Assembly (NCBI GenBank): GCA_045579585.1
Contig: JAZNMK010000009.1
Span: 3,705-67,704, forward strand
Length of the DNA stretch: 64,000 nucleotides
Source: Acutalibacteraceae bacterium
Lineage (GTDB): Bacteria; Bacillota; Clostridia; Oscillospirales; Acutalibacteraceae
Direction: 5' to 3'
Positions 9,176-18,477 of this stretch are shown here, one piece after another. The position numbers were made by a program, and so were the translations under genes. Position 1 is the first letter of the stretch; each line of letters begins with the position of its first letter. The notes under the pieces were generated by a model. That model made no database searches. It was not told the origin of the DNA and saw only the letters and a list, made by a program, of their open reading frames with translations.

Positions 9176-10117
9176 ATGCTTATTGATCTTGGCAGAGCAG
9201 CTTCTTTCTTAAAAGAGAACGACAACTTCACAATCATTACCCACGCTCACCCGGACGGAGATACTCTCGGTTCGGGTATCGGTCTTTGTCTGGCGCTTCG
9301 TGCGCTCGGCAAAAAAGCAAACGTCGTCAACAATGAGGAAACTCCTCCCAAATTCCGCTACCTTGAAATCGAGCCTCAGGAGTTTGAGGAAGAGACGGTT
9401 GTTGCCGTTGACATTGCGGATGTTACGCTTATGGGTAACGATATCAGAGATAAATACGAAACAAAGGTTGACCTGAGTATTGATCACCACGGCTCAAACA
9501 GACTTTTTGCAAAAATGAACTGCGTCGATGCATCGGCTGCGGCTGCAGCTCAGATTATTTATGAGCTTATCGGCTTGCTCGGTGTTGAGATTACGCCACA
9601 GATGGCGGATTGCCTTTACACAGGTGTTTCAACCGATACCGGATGCTTCCGCTATGCAAACGTTACACCGGAGACACACCGTATTGCGGCAAAGCTTATG
9701 GAATTCGGTGCGGATGCTGCAAAGATAAACGTCAGGATGTTTGAGACAAAAACGAGAACCTATGCGGCACTTGAAAGGCTTGCCCTTGACGGTATGCAGT
9801 TCTTTTACGATGGCAAATGTGCGCTGATTACAATCACACGTGAGATGTTTGCTCAAAGCGGTTCGGACGAAAACGAATGTGACGGAATTGCCGCAATCTC
9901 ACGCCAGATTGAGGGCGTGCTTGTTGGTGTAACGATGCGTGAAAGACGTGACGGAACGTACAAGGCTTCCGTACGCACACATGATCCCGTTGATGCAAGC
10001 GCAATCTGCGGCAAGCTTGGCGGCGGCGGTCATCCTAATGCGGCAGGCTGTCAGCTTCCCGGCACAAGGGAGGAAGCTACAAAGCTTCTTATCGACACAA
10101 TCGGTGAGTTTATATGA
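9176..10117 (+). CDS. nrnA: DHH/DHHA1 phosphoesterase (NrnA-like oligoribonuclease/pAp phosphatase)
   Basis: HAHPDGDTLGS, DHH (SIDHHGSN) and GGGHPNAAG motifs. Confidence 0.85.
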   Translation: MLIDLGRAASFLKENDNFTIITHAHPDGDTLGSGIGLCLALRALGKKANVVNNEETPPKFRYLEIEPQEFEEETVVAVDIADVTLMGNDIRDKYETKVDLSIDHHGSNRLFAKMNCVDASAAAAAQIIYELIGLLGVEITPQMADCLYTGVSTDTGCFRYANVTPETHRIAAKLMEFGADAAKINVRMFETKTRTYAALERLALDGMQFFYDGKCALITITREMFAQSGSDENECDGIAAISRQIEGVLVGVTMRERRDGTYKASVRTHDPVDASAICGKLGGGGHPNAAGCQLPGTREEATKLLIDTIGEFI

Positions 10118-10983
10118 CAGGTGTTGTTTTTCTTGATAAGCCGCAGGGTATGACATCATTCGTTGCGGCAAACAGAGTCAAACGCATTCTCGGTGCCAAA
10201 AAATCCGGTCATACAGGCACATTGGACCCTATGGCAACAGGTGTGCTTGTTGTTATGCTCGGCAGTGCAACGAGGTTTATTGACTTTTTGCACACTCACG
10301 ACAAGGCTTATGAGGCAACCGTGCGGTTGGGCGTTACAACGGATACGCTCGATATTGAAGGCACCGTGCTTGACGAGCGTGAGGCACATTTCACAGCCAC
10401 GGAATTTGAGGCAGCAATGCTTTCCTTCCTCGGCGAAATTGATCAGGTGCCGCCTATGTATTCCGCAATTAAAAAGGACGGCAAAAAGCTTTATGAGCTT
10501 GCGCGTGAAGGTGTTGAGATTGAGCGCGAAAGCCGCAAGGTGAATATATATTCGCTCGAGATGACGGGTGCAGATGAAGCAAAGCAGGAGTTTTCGTTCA
10601 GGGTAAGCTGCTCGGCAGGTACTTATGTGCGCTCACTCAGCTCCGATATAGGCGAAAAACTTGGCTGTGGTGCTGTGCTGACCGCCCTTCGCAGGGTTGA
10701 AGCGCACGGTATTTGTATTGAAAAATGCAAAACGCTTGAAGAAATCGGTGAATGTGACGTGGTTGCGCTCGAAACACTGCTTGATTATCCTTGCGTTACC
10801 GTTACGGATGCTCAGGCACAACGCTTTTCAAACGGTGGCTCGCTTGACAGAAACAGAATCCGAACTCCGCTCACGACAGGGATTTATAAGGTCTTTTCAC
10901 CTGAAGAAAAGTTCCTCGGCCTGGGTGAGGTTGAAGAGGATTCCGACCAGCTTAAAATAAAGCGTATCTATTCCGAAACCTGA
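10114..10983 (+). CDS. truB: tRNA pseudouridine-55 synthase TruB
   Basis: GHTGTLDPMATGVL catalytic motif; ATGA overlap with nrnA. Confidence 0.93.
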   Translation: MTGVVFLDKPQGMTSFVAANRVKRILGAKKSGHTGTLDPMATGVLVVMLGSATRFIDFLHTHDKAYEATVRLGVTTDTLDIEGTVLDEREAHFTATEFEAAMLSFLGEIDQVPPMYSAIKKDGKKLYELAREGVEIERESRKVNIYSLEMTGADEAKQEFSFRVSCSAGTYVRSLSSDIGEKLGCGAVLTALRRVEAHGICIEKCKTLEEIGECDVVALETLLDYPCVTVTDAQAQRFSNGGSLDRNRIRTPLTTGIYKVFSPEEKFLGLGEVEEDSDQLKIKRIYSET

Positions 10984-10994
10984 GGGTAAACAGA

Positions 10995-11852
10995 ATGGAA
11001 AATAAAAAAAGAGCAATAGCTCTCGGTAATTTTGACGGATTACATATCGGTCATACGGCGGTTATCGGTGCGGTTGTCAGGGCGGCTCAGCTCGGCTTTG
11101 TGCCGTCGGTGCTGCTGCTTGATCCGCTGCCCTGCGTTGCGCTGAATAAGCGTGAGGGCAAATCGCTGATAACATCTGACGAAAAGGATAAGCTCCTGAC
11201 CGCTATGGGCGTTGAAGTTATCAAGGTTGATTTTGATAAAATTAAAAACTATGCTCCCGAGGAGTTTTTTGAAAAAATTTTACTGGATGAGCTTAATGCA
11301 GGTATGCTCAGCTGTGGCTTTAATTATCGCTTCGGCAAGGGCGGCAGCGGCGACAGCGCTCTGCTTTCTTCACTGTGCGCGTCGGCAGGCATAAGCCTGG
11401 AGGTTCAGCCCGCCGTAAGCCTTGAGGGTGAAGCCGTAAGCTCCACGCGAATCCGCTCGGCAATCGAGTGCGGCGATATAGAGCTTGCAAACCGTATGCT
11501 CGGCAGAGAGTTCGGATACACGCTTACGGTTGTACACGGCGATCACTTAGGCAGGAAGCTCGGCTGCCCCACGCTCAATCAGCTCTTTCCCGACGGATTT
11601 ATTGTGCCGAAATACGGTGTGTATTCTTCACGCACCTGTATTGATGGGGTGTGGTACCGCTCGGTTACTAATATCGGCATACGTCCCTCGTTTGAAAATG
11701 ATGAGCAGCGCAGCGAAACACACGTTATCGGTTACTGCGGTGACCTCTACGGCAGAGAGATTGAGGTAAGGCTTGTCAGCTACAGACGCGGCGAAATGAA
11801 ATTCAACTCGCTCGACGAGCTTAAGGCTCAGCTCGAAAAAGATAAAATGTAA
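10995..11852 (+). CDS. ribF: bifunctional riboflavin kinase / FMN adenylyltransferase
   Basis: GNFDGLHIGH N-terminal motif and C-terminal riboflavin kinase segment (PTLN...GVY...TNIG.RPSF). Confidence 0.9.
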   Translation: MENKKRAIALGNFDGLHIGHTAVIGAVVRAAQLGFVPSVLLLDPLPCVALNKREGKSLITSDEKDKLLTAMGVEVIKVDFDKIKNYAPEEFFEKILLDELNAGMLSCGFNYRFGKGGSGDSALLSSLCASAGISLEVQPAVSLEGEAVSSTRIRSAIECGDIELANRMLGREFGYTLTVVHGDHLGRKLGCPTLNQLFPDGFIVPKYGVYSSRTCIDGVWYRSVTNIGIRPSFENDEQRSETHVIGYCGDLYGREIEVRLVSYRRGEMKFNSLDELKAQLEKDKM

Positions 11853-11859
11853 TCAAAAA

Positions 11860-11883
11860 GTCCACCGATTCTGATCGGTGGAC
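11860..11883. terminator. bidirectional intrinsic terminator between ribF and the convergent secreted-protein gene
   Basis: GTCCACCGAT (11860-11869) / ATCGGTGGAC (11874-11883) form a perfect 10-bp stem with a 4-nt loop, an A-run upstream and a T-run (11887-11892) downstream. Confidence 0.8.
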
Positions 11884-11891
11884 TTAATTTT

Positions 11892-13832
11892 TTATTCTAC
11901 CGTGATTCTTGTTTCGCCGTTTGAGATGACCGAAATTGTGAGAGTTTTTGCATCTTCGTTCCATTCGGTTTTCATCGTTGCACCGTTTGTGCCGCTTGCC
12001 GTAACGGTCGGCTCATTTTCAAAGCCCGAAATTTCAATTACGGATTCTCTGAAATCGTTGGGGTTGCTGCGCTTGCCGCCTGCGGCGTACTCACGCATAA
12101 ACTGGTCTTCGCTTTCAAGTCCGTTGCATACGGCATCTGTATCGAGTCGCAGGTTACAAAGGTCAATGCTTATGCCGCCGTTATGCTCGTTGAGTATTGC
12201 GTAGGTGTGGGCGACAAAGGTTGTGCTGATTTTTTTGCCGCTTTCAAGTGTGTAGCTTACACTCTGCTCGCTGTTTACCGTTTTGTTTTCATTGCTGTTG
12301 AATATGTAGACATAATCATTGATATCAAACAGCACCCCATCGCCATCATAGGACTTTTCGTAGTGCTTGTTAAAGAAATTTGTTTTAATCGGGTTGATAA
12401 ACAGAAGGTTAAAAAAGTAAGAAAAATCGGTCAGAATTTTGCTTTCGGGTAAAACTTGCTCTGCATCGGAATAAATCGGCAGGATAGGCACGATGTAATA
12501 TCTTGCCGTAGAAGGTACCCAGGTTTTGGTGCAGTCAAAGTAAGTGTTTTCAAACTTCTCCTGGAAGAAGGTGAAGGTGTCGCAATAAAGACCCTGAAGA
12601 ATGTGTGCATCGTTACCGCTGAGCGCATATGCTCTGGGGTTGGTCATTTTATAAGCGACTCGGATGTTTGATTTGACCTCTTCCTTGTCGGGCACTGCGC
12701 CGTTGAGAATGAGCTGATATATCGGATAGAGGACCTCGTAGAATGTGGGGGTAAGCACAACTTCACCGTCGACAAAGTGGTAGAGTCCGCCTCTGCTGAA
12801 CATACCTTCAATCGCATAAACTGTTGCACCGCCGACCATATCAGCAATCATATCAATACCGAAAAGGGCGGGCGGATATTTGGCGGTTGTCAGCGGGTTT
12901 GGCTCATTCGGTGCAACGCCGGGGTCATCATACTCAATGAAGCCTTCCTCATACCAGAGGAAGTTTTCGAGGTTAACGCCCCAGTTGCCGCAAACATCGT
13001 CAAGCCAGCAGCCGAGAATGTTCGACTGGCTTGCAAAGTGTCTGCCGTGGCCGTTGTGCTTGTCCATAATAATTACGTTTTCACTGTTCGCCTTGAGCAG
13101 GTCGTAAAGCTCCCTGTCCTTGAGAATGTGATTGACGTAGTTTGCTTTTTTCCAGTAGATATATTCCATATCCTGCCAGATGAAAAGTCCGCCGTTTTCG
13201 GCGCAGGCCTTAATGCAGGATTTCATACGCGCAAGAATATTTTTGTTTACGCCTTGGTCATCCGTAACCTCATCGTAGGCGAGCTTTTCGTTAGTAACGC
13301 CGTTTGTTGAAAGCTCGACCTGTACAAAGCCCATCATAGAGGGATGCTCTTTGAATATAGCGGAAAGCTCCTCCTGGGTGAAGGGGTCGCGGGTCTTATT
13401 GGTGCAGAAGCATTCAGATTGGCAGACGATCGGTACGTTGGCCGCATCGGTTATGGTAAGCAGCTCATCCCAGAATTCAAGCTGTCTTGCAGGGGTCATA
13501 TCCGTTGTGCCCTCATCAATGTAGATCACAGCGAAGTTTCTTATATCCTCCGGCAGAGCGTAGTAGGTCTTTATTGCGTACTCTGCAAAGGCTTCGCCCG
13601 TCTGCGGTCCGCCCCATATCGGGCAGTTTCTTATCATAAACAGCGGGTTTTCCTCGTCAACATAAAGTCGAAGTCCCTCAACCTGCTTGCGTGTGCGTAC
13701 TTCGGTAAGGGAGGGGATAATTTCAGGTATAGGCTCGTACGCAGCATCGTCGGTTTCTGCCGAAAAAGCCGGCACAACTGCCGAAAAAGCCATAATAAAA
13801 CACAGCAATATGCTTAAAATTTTATTTTCCAT
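11892..13832 (-). CDS. secreted protein of unknown function (possible glycan-active enzyme)
   Basis: 646 aa with an N-terminal signal peptide (MENKILSILLCFIMAFSAVVPAFSA/ETDD). No motif I can assign with confidence. The C-terminal ~90 aa look like a beta-sandwich module. It lies next to the polysaccharide locus. Confidence 0.5.
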   Translation of the reverse strand: MENKILSILLCFIMAFSAVVPAFSAETDDAAYEPIPEIIPSLTEVRTRKQVEGLRLYVDEENPLFMIRNCPIWGGPQTGEAFAEYAIKTYYALPEDIRNFAVIYIDEGTTDMTPARQLEFWDELLTITDAANVPIVCQSECFCTNKTRDPFTQEELSAIFKEHPSMMGFVQVELSTNGVTNEKLAYDEVTDDQGVNKNILARMKSCIKACAENGGLFIWQDMEYIYWKKANYVNHILKDRELYDLLKANSENVIIMDKHNGHGRHFASQSNILGCWLDDVCGNWGVNLENFLWYEEGFIEYDDPGVAPNEPNPLTTAKYPPALFGIDMIADMVGGATVYAIEGMFSRGGLYHFVDGEVVLTPTFYEVLYPIYQLILNGAVPDKEEVKSNIRVAYKMTNPRAYALSGNDAHILQGLYCDTFTFFQEKFENTYFDCTKTWVPSTARYYIVPILPIYSDAEQVLPESKILTDFSYFFNLLFINPIKTNFFNKHYEKSYDGDGVLFDINDYVYIFNSNENKTVNSEQSVSYTLESGKKISTTFVAHTYAILNEHNGGISIDLCNLRLDTDAVCNGLESEDQFMREYAAGGKRSNPNDFRESVIEISGFENEPTVTASGTNGATMKTEWNEDAKTLTISVISNGETRITVE

Positions 13833-13838
13833 AAGGTG

Positions 13839-14738
13839 TCAACCCCCGTTATTAATTTTATTCATCAACCGTTGTGCTGCCTTGCGAACACGTTCATCAG
13901 CGTGGTTACTCATTTTTTGTGCAACGGGCAGATATTTTTCAGTATCTTTGCAGTTTGTCATAACCGTAAGCACGAGCGCTGTCAGCTTTGCCGGGCGAAG
14001 ATAGTTGCCGCCGAGAATATCGCGGTAGGGTTCACATCCCTTCTTGCCTGAAGAAAACGCGGCAAAGAGGTTTTCGATGCTGAAAAGCTCCCTTTCTTTT
14101 TCCGTCATCTCTCGCGATTTCAGGTGCTTGTTGAAAGGGCAGTGGCGCTGGCAGATATCACAGCCCCACAGCTGTATGCCGATGCTGTCTGCGCTCGCAT
14201 CATCGGGAAAATCGGATGCCTCCTGCAAGCTGCGGATGCATCGTTCTCCCACAAAAGAGCCTTCGCTGATACAGCCGTTGGGGCAGAGCTTTTCACATAT
14301 GCTGCAGCTGCGGCACATTTCGTTTATTTCAGGCTTTTTCATAACGTGAGACAAGCTTATTTCTTTTGCAAAAACGCCCTTTACGCCGATTATTTCTAGC
14401 GCCATACGCGTACCGAAGGCTTTGTTTGCAATCAGCGTGTTCTTCAGTGGTTCGCCAAGCCCGGCACAGTGTGCAATACTCTTATAAGGCAGGGTACATT
14501 CAGCTGTTTCAAAGCCTGCCTGTGTCAGTTCATCACACAGCATTTTGCGCAGAAAGTATGCTTTGTTCGAAGCAACGTAATAGCTGTCAACAAAAGCGTA
14601 ACCCTCAGGCGGAAAATCAAGCTGGGTGTAAGGCAGTGCGAATACGGTGTATGTAATGCCGTCAACACAAATGCTTTTCCACTGCGCCGCATAAGCTGTA
14701 AGCGCAGTGGAAATTATATTTTCGTATTTATTTTTCAT
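13839..14738 (-). CDS. queG: epoxyqueuosine reductase QueG-like (4Fe-4S dicluster plus HEAT-like C-terminus)
   Basis: LPYKSIAHCAGLGEPLKNTLIANKAFGTRMALEII, then CRSCSICEKLCPNGC and WGCDICQRHCPFN cluster motifs. ATG 14738 is preferred over TTG 14750. It overlaps the end of the upstream GT2 gene. Confidence 0.65.
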   Translation of the reverse strand: MKNKYENIISTALTAYAAQWKSICVDGITYTVFALPYTQLDFPPEGYAFVDSYYVASNKAYFLRKMLCDELTQAGFETAECTLPYKSIAHCAGLGEPLKNTLIANKAFGTRMALEIIGVKGVFAKEISLSHVMKKPEINEMCRSCSICEKLCPNGCISEGSFVGERCIRSLQEASDFPDDASADSIGIQLWGCDICQRHCPFNKHLKSREMTEKERELFSIENLFAAFSSGKKGCEPYRDILGGNYLRPAKLTALVLTVMTNCKDTEKYLPVAQKMSNHADERVRKAAQRLMNKINNGG

Positions 14739-15681
14739 TTTTCGGTTCAATTATTTCTTTGGCAATATATATCGGTCTGTCCTTGCTCTGCTCATATATC
14801 TTTGCAAGATATTTGCCGACAATTCCAATGCCTATCAGTTGTAATCCGCCGATTAACATAACGGCAAAAAGCACAAGCATACCTATTGAAAAGGCTGTAT
14901 AGTAGCTGACAGCACACCATATGGCCACCGCAAAAAGGTACACAAATGAAAGAGCACACAGCAGTATGCCCAGCACAAGCGGAATCGCCAGCGGTGCGGT
15001 TGAAAAAGCCATTATGCCGTCAACAGCGTACTTGAACAGCTTTTTGAATGACCACTTGCTCTCTCCTGCGGCACGCTCCTGCACCTCGTAGGGAATGTAC
15101 TCGGTGTTGAAGCCTACCCATGAGAGGATTCCCTTTGAGAAGCGGTGGTATTCGCCCATTGAAAGCACGGCTTCGGCTACGCTCCTGCGGAATGTGCGGA
15201 AATCGCTTGCACCCTGGGTGAAATTCGTATCTGATACAGAGTTTATGAGTTTGTAAAAGCTTTTTTTGAAGAAGGAGAGAGTGCCGCTCTCAATACGCTC
15301 CTGCTGGAATGCGGCAACGCAGTCAAGCTCAGGCGATTCGTCGAGCCTTTTCACCATATATGCGGCAACCTCGGGGCGTTGCTGAAGGTCAGCATCAATC
15401 AGGCATACGAGGTCGCCCTTGGCATGCTCGATACCTGCGTACATTGCCGCCTCTTTGCCGAAATTGCGCGAGAAGCTGACGATGCGGATATTGTGCTTTG
15501 CCTGTGCGTGCACTCTTTTAAGCTCGCTGAGTGTGTCGTCTTTTGAGCCGTCGTTTACGAAAACAAGCTCGTACTCGTAGCCCTCAGCATCAAAAACTTT
15601 TGTTGCCTCGTTGCAGAAAAGGGCAACGTTCTGTTCTTCGTTGTAGCACGGTACAACAAGGGATAATTTCATTTTGCTCAC
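14728..15681 (-). CDS. GT2 glycosyltransferase, polyprenyl-phosphate sugar transferase type (GtrB/DPM1-like)
   Basis: LSLVVPCYNEE, DGSKDDT and IDADLQ motifs plus two C-terminal TM helices. Confidence 0.75.
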   Translation of the reverse strand: MSKMKLSLVVPCYNEEQNVALFCNEATKVFDAEGYEYELVFVNDGSKDDTLSELKRVHAQAKHNIRIVSFSRNFGKEAAMYAGIEHAKGDLVCLIDADLQQRPEVAAYMVKRLDESPELDCVAAFQQERIESGTLSFFKKSFYKLINSVSDTNFTQGASDFRTFRRSVAEAVLSMGEYHRFSKGILSWVGFNTEYIPYEVQERAAGESKWSFKKLFKYAVDGIMAFSTAPLAIPLVLGILLCALSFVYLFAVAIWCAVSYYTAFSIGMLVLFAVMLIGGLQLIGIGIVGKYLAKIYEQSKDRPIYIAKEIIEPKNEK

Positions 15682-15691
15682 TGTCCTTATT

Positions 15692-16678
15692 TTATACGTC
15701 GAATCTGATTCCTGTCTGTTTTCTAATCTGTTCCATTATGGCGCTTACTGCCAGCGCCATACGGCTTGCCTCTTTGTACTTTTCGGCATTTTCCTCAGGG
15801 TTGGTTGCAAAGTCGTAAAAAGCCTGAGCCTCGTGCGACATTATTATATGTTTTTCTTCCTCGCTGATAACCTCCATCGGTTCACTGCCCTTGCGGCAGA
15901 AGGAGATGTGGTTGAGTTGGGATATCGAGCCGATTGTAACCGTTCCTTCATCGCCGAGAATTTCGCTGCCGCAAAAATCCTGGGCGACCTTTGACCAGGT
16001 CATCGTCAGCAGCATACCGTCGTACTCAAAAACGGTTGAGCCGCAGCTGTCAGCGCCACTTTCGAGAAAGCGTGCGGTGCTGATAATGTTTTTGGGCACA
16101 CCAAAAAGGTCAAGCGCCGGATATATGCAGTAAATGCCGAGATCCATCAGACAACCGGTTGCAAACTTCGGGTTGAAGATATTCGGATTTTCACCGTTTT
16201 TGTATGCGGGATATTTTGACGAAAGCTGCGAAAAATCGAAATGTGCCGATGTTATGTTGCCCAGAGCCTTAAGCGAGGCCTTGAGCTTTGGCCTGACAGG
16301 GCTGTGCATATACATTATAGCTTCCATATAAACTCTGCCCTTTTCTGCGGCAAGTGTCTGCAGTTCACTCAGCTGAGCAGGTGTAACGGTAATCGGCTTT
16401 TCGCATATTACGTGCTTATCGGCCTCAAGCAAAAGCTTGCACTGCTCATAGTGCAGCGAGTTGGGGCTTGCAACATAAACTGCCTCAACATCGGCACAGC
16501 GTGCAAGGTCGTGCAGGTCGATGAAAACACGGGGTGCACCGAATTTTTCAGCAAGCGCCTTGCCTTTAGAGTAGCTGCGTGAGCATACTCCGAAAAGCTC
16601 AAGCCCTTCCACCAGCGAAGCACCCATTATAAATTCTTCAGTTATCCAGCTTGTGCCGATAACGGCATATTTCATCAT
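15692..16678 (-). CDS. Gfo/Idh/MocA family NAD(P)-dependent oxidoreductase
   Basis: N-terminal Rossmann segment (MKYAVIGTSWI), EKP motif (VICEKPITV), 328 aa. Confidence 0.75.
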   Translation of the reverse strand: MMKYAVIGTSWITEEFIMGASLVEGLELFGVCSRSYSKGKALAEKFGAPRVFIDLHDLARCADVEAVYVASPNSLHYEQCKLLLEADKHVICEKPITVTPAQLSELQTLAAEKGRVYMEAIMYMHSPVRPKLKASLKALGNITSAHFDFSQLSSKYPAYKNGENPNIFNPKFATGCLMDLGIYCIYPALDLFGVPKNIISTARFLESGADSCGSTVFEYDGMLLTMTWSKVAQDFCGSEILGDEGTVTIGSISQLNHISFCRKGSEPMEVISEEEKHIIMSHEAQAFYDFATNPEENAEKYKEASRMALAVSAIMEQIRKQTGIRFDV

Positions 16679-16693
16679 TTTTCAGTCCTTTAT

Positions 16694-17584
16694 TCAGTCA
16701 ATACAATCGCGGTAAAACTCGTTGATATAATTTTTAACGTCTTCTCTTGTGCCATTGAAGGGGCCGGGTGTTTCCATTTTGAGTGAAACCGTTGCCGTTG
16801 CAAGAAGGAGAGCTTCGTCAATTTCAAAATCCTGTCTTTCGCAAACATAGGTTGCAAAGGTTGTGTCGCCTCGGCCTGTTCTGCCGCTGAGGTTGCGTGA
16901 GCGGATGGGGCAGGTGTAGAAATCGTCACCGTCAAAAACAAGTACCTCTGTGTTATGGGTTATCAGAATTTCATCTGCGCCCCACTCGTACATTATTTTT
17001 GCTGCCTCGTATCTGTCAGCTGTGCCGGTGATAACCTCAGCCTCTGCGGCGTCAGCTTTGAGGTAGGTGATGTAGGGAATAATTTCCTCTTTTTCATCCC
17101 AATCTCTCAGCTCCATCGTGCCGTCAGCCTTGACGTGGCGCAGAAATCCCTGCAGGTCAACAGCAACAGCCGCTTTTTCGGAAGCTTTAATTATCATATC
17201 GCTGTCAAAATCGCCGTAGACAAGGCCGGCAAAATGGATTATATCGGTTTCAGCATCGGGGATATCTTCTGCGGTGAAGGGTGTGCCGGCGCTTTGGCAA
17301 ACGCTGTTGCGGCGCTCTTTGTCGGGTGTGAGGTAGGTGTTTGCCATATCACATGCACTGTCACACACGGAGCAGAATATATTTTCCGGCTCAACATTCA
17401 GTTCAAGCACACGCGCCCTTTCGGAAAAAGGCAGCTTGGTTACGGCGGCAACCTCGTGTTCAAGTGCCGCAGCTGCGGCTGTACAGTAGAGTATTGCGCC
17501 GCCTGCCATTTCTTCGGTATTGCCCTCGCAGTCGGTGTTGACGTCGTTTGTGATGTGTCCGATTATGATTGATTTGCAGCTCAT
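16694..17584 (-). CDS. PfkB/ribokinase-family carbohydrate kinase
   Basis: GGAILYCTAAAAAL near the N-terminus and the C-terminal anion-hole motif GRTGRGDTTFATY. ATGA overlap with the upstream gene. Confidence 0.7.
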   Translation of the reverse strand: MSCKSIIIGHITNDVNTDCEGNTEEMAGGAILYCTAAAAALEHEVAAVTKLPFSERARVLELNVEPENIFCSVCDSACDMANTYLTPDKERRNSVCQSAGTPFTAEDIPDAETDIIHFAGLVYGDFDSDMIIKASEKAAVAVDLQGFLRHVKADGTMELRDWDEKEEIIPYITYLKADAAEAEVITGTADRYEAAKIMYEWGADEILITHNTEVLVFDGDDFYTCPIRSRNLSGRTGRGDTTFATYVCERQDFEIDEALLLATATVSLKMETPGPFNGTREDVKNYINEFYRDCID

Positions 17585-18477
17585 TTTTCATTCAGTTCCT
17601 TTTCAAATTTTTCGCGGTATTCTTCTTTGACTGTGCCCTTGAGAAGGTTGAGCTTGATTATCTCGCGGCACTTGGAATAGCTCCGGGTCATAAAGTCACC
17701 GGAGATAACGTTTGCGCTGTTAAGGTAAAATTTATTTGCAGCAATCGCATCGATTATACGCTGATAGTAGGGGAGGAGAGACTTTTCGAGTGAACGCGGC
17801 GTTTTCATTTTCACACCGAATACGGGTGTGAGCTGGGTCTGGAACCAGTATATTCCGTTCGTCTGTTCGTTGTTGAAATGCATGAGTACTTCCGATGCAA
17901 ATACCTCGGGTTTTTTGGCGTGCAGCTCAGCGCTCCACGGAAGAATATGCTCTACCTCACGGCACCAGGGCTGATAAGCGTTGCGGTAGTTGATTATGAG
18001 GTAACGCTTACCTGATTTGCGGATGTCACCGAAGGTTATATCGCTTACGTGCTCAAAATCGGTGTAAGCGTACTTTGCCGGGTCAAGATATTTTTCGATA
18101 AGGCGGATAACTTCAGCATCGTCGGCGGGGTAAGTTAAGCTGAACGGCCCGATTTTCTGGTTGTAATATTCGCGCATATCGAAGATGAAGAATTCACTGT
18201 CGTTTTCTTCTATCATTCTCCGCATGCTCTCCATACCCTCCGCAAGCGGAACGCCTTTTGCAAGGCCGTGGCTGAGAACGATGCCCTTTTTCTTATCGCC
18301 GCAGTAACGGATGCAGAAATGGCGGACACCGTAAGCGAACTGTGAGTAAAAAGTACCGTCCTGACAGCAGGCGATGGGAGTCATACCGTAGCTACCTGCA
18401 TTGTGTGTGCCGGGCATAACAACCTCTGTAAGCTTTACATCGTCCTTGATATATTTCATCCATTCCTTATATATCAT
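17581..18477 (-). CDS. PI-PLC X-domain-like (PLC-like phosphodiesterase TIM barrel) protein, cytoplasmic
   Basis: VMPGTHNAGS and GVRHFCIRY...VLSHG match the two catalytic-His segments of PI-PLC X-box proteins. No signal peptide. ATGA overlap with the upstream GT4. Confidence 0.5.
   Translation of the reverse strand: MIYKEWMKYIKDDVKLTEVVMPGTHNAGSYGMTPIACCQDGTFYSQFAYGVRHFCIRYCGDKKKGIVLSHGLAKGVPLAEGMESMRRMIEENDSEFFIFDMREYYNQKIGPFSLTYPADDAEVIRLIEKYLDPAKYAYTDFEHVSDITFGDIRKSGKRYLIINYRNAYQPWCREVEHILPWSAELHAKKPEVFASEVLMHFNNEQTNGIYWFQTQLTPVFGVKMKTPRSLEKSLLPYYQRIIDAIAANKFYLNSANVISGDFMTRSYSKCREIIKLNLLKGTVKEEYREKFEKELNEK

Noticed and set aside
11878-13817. Plus-strand ORFs (71-177 aa) overlapping the 646-aa secreted-protein gene
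   Set aside because: They are antisense to a long ORF with a clear signal peptide. No RBS or motifs.
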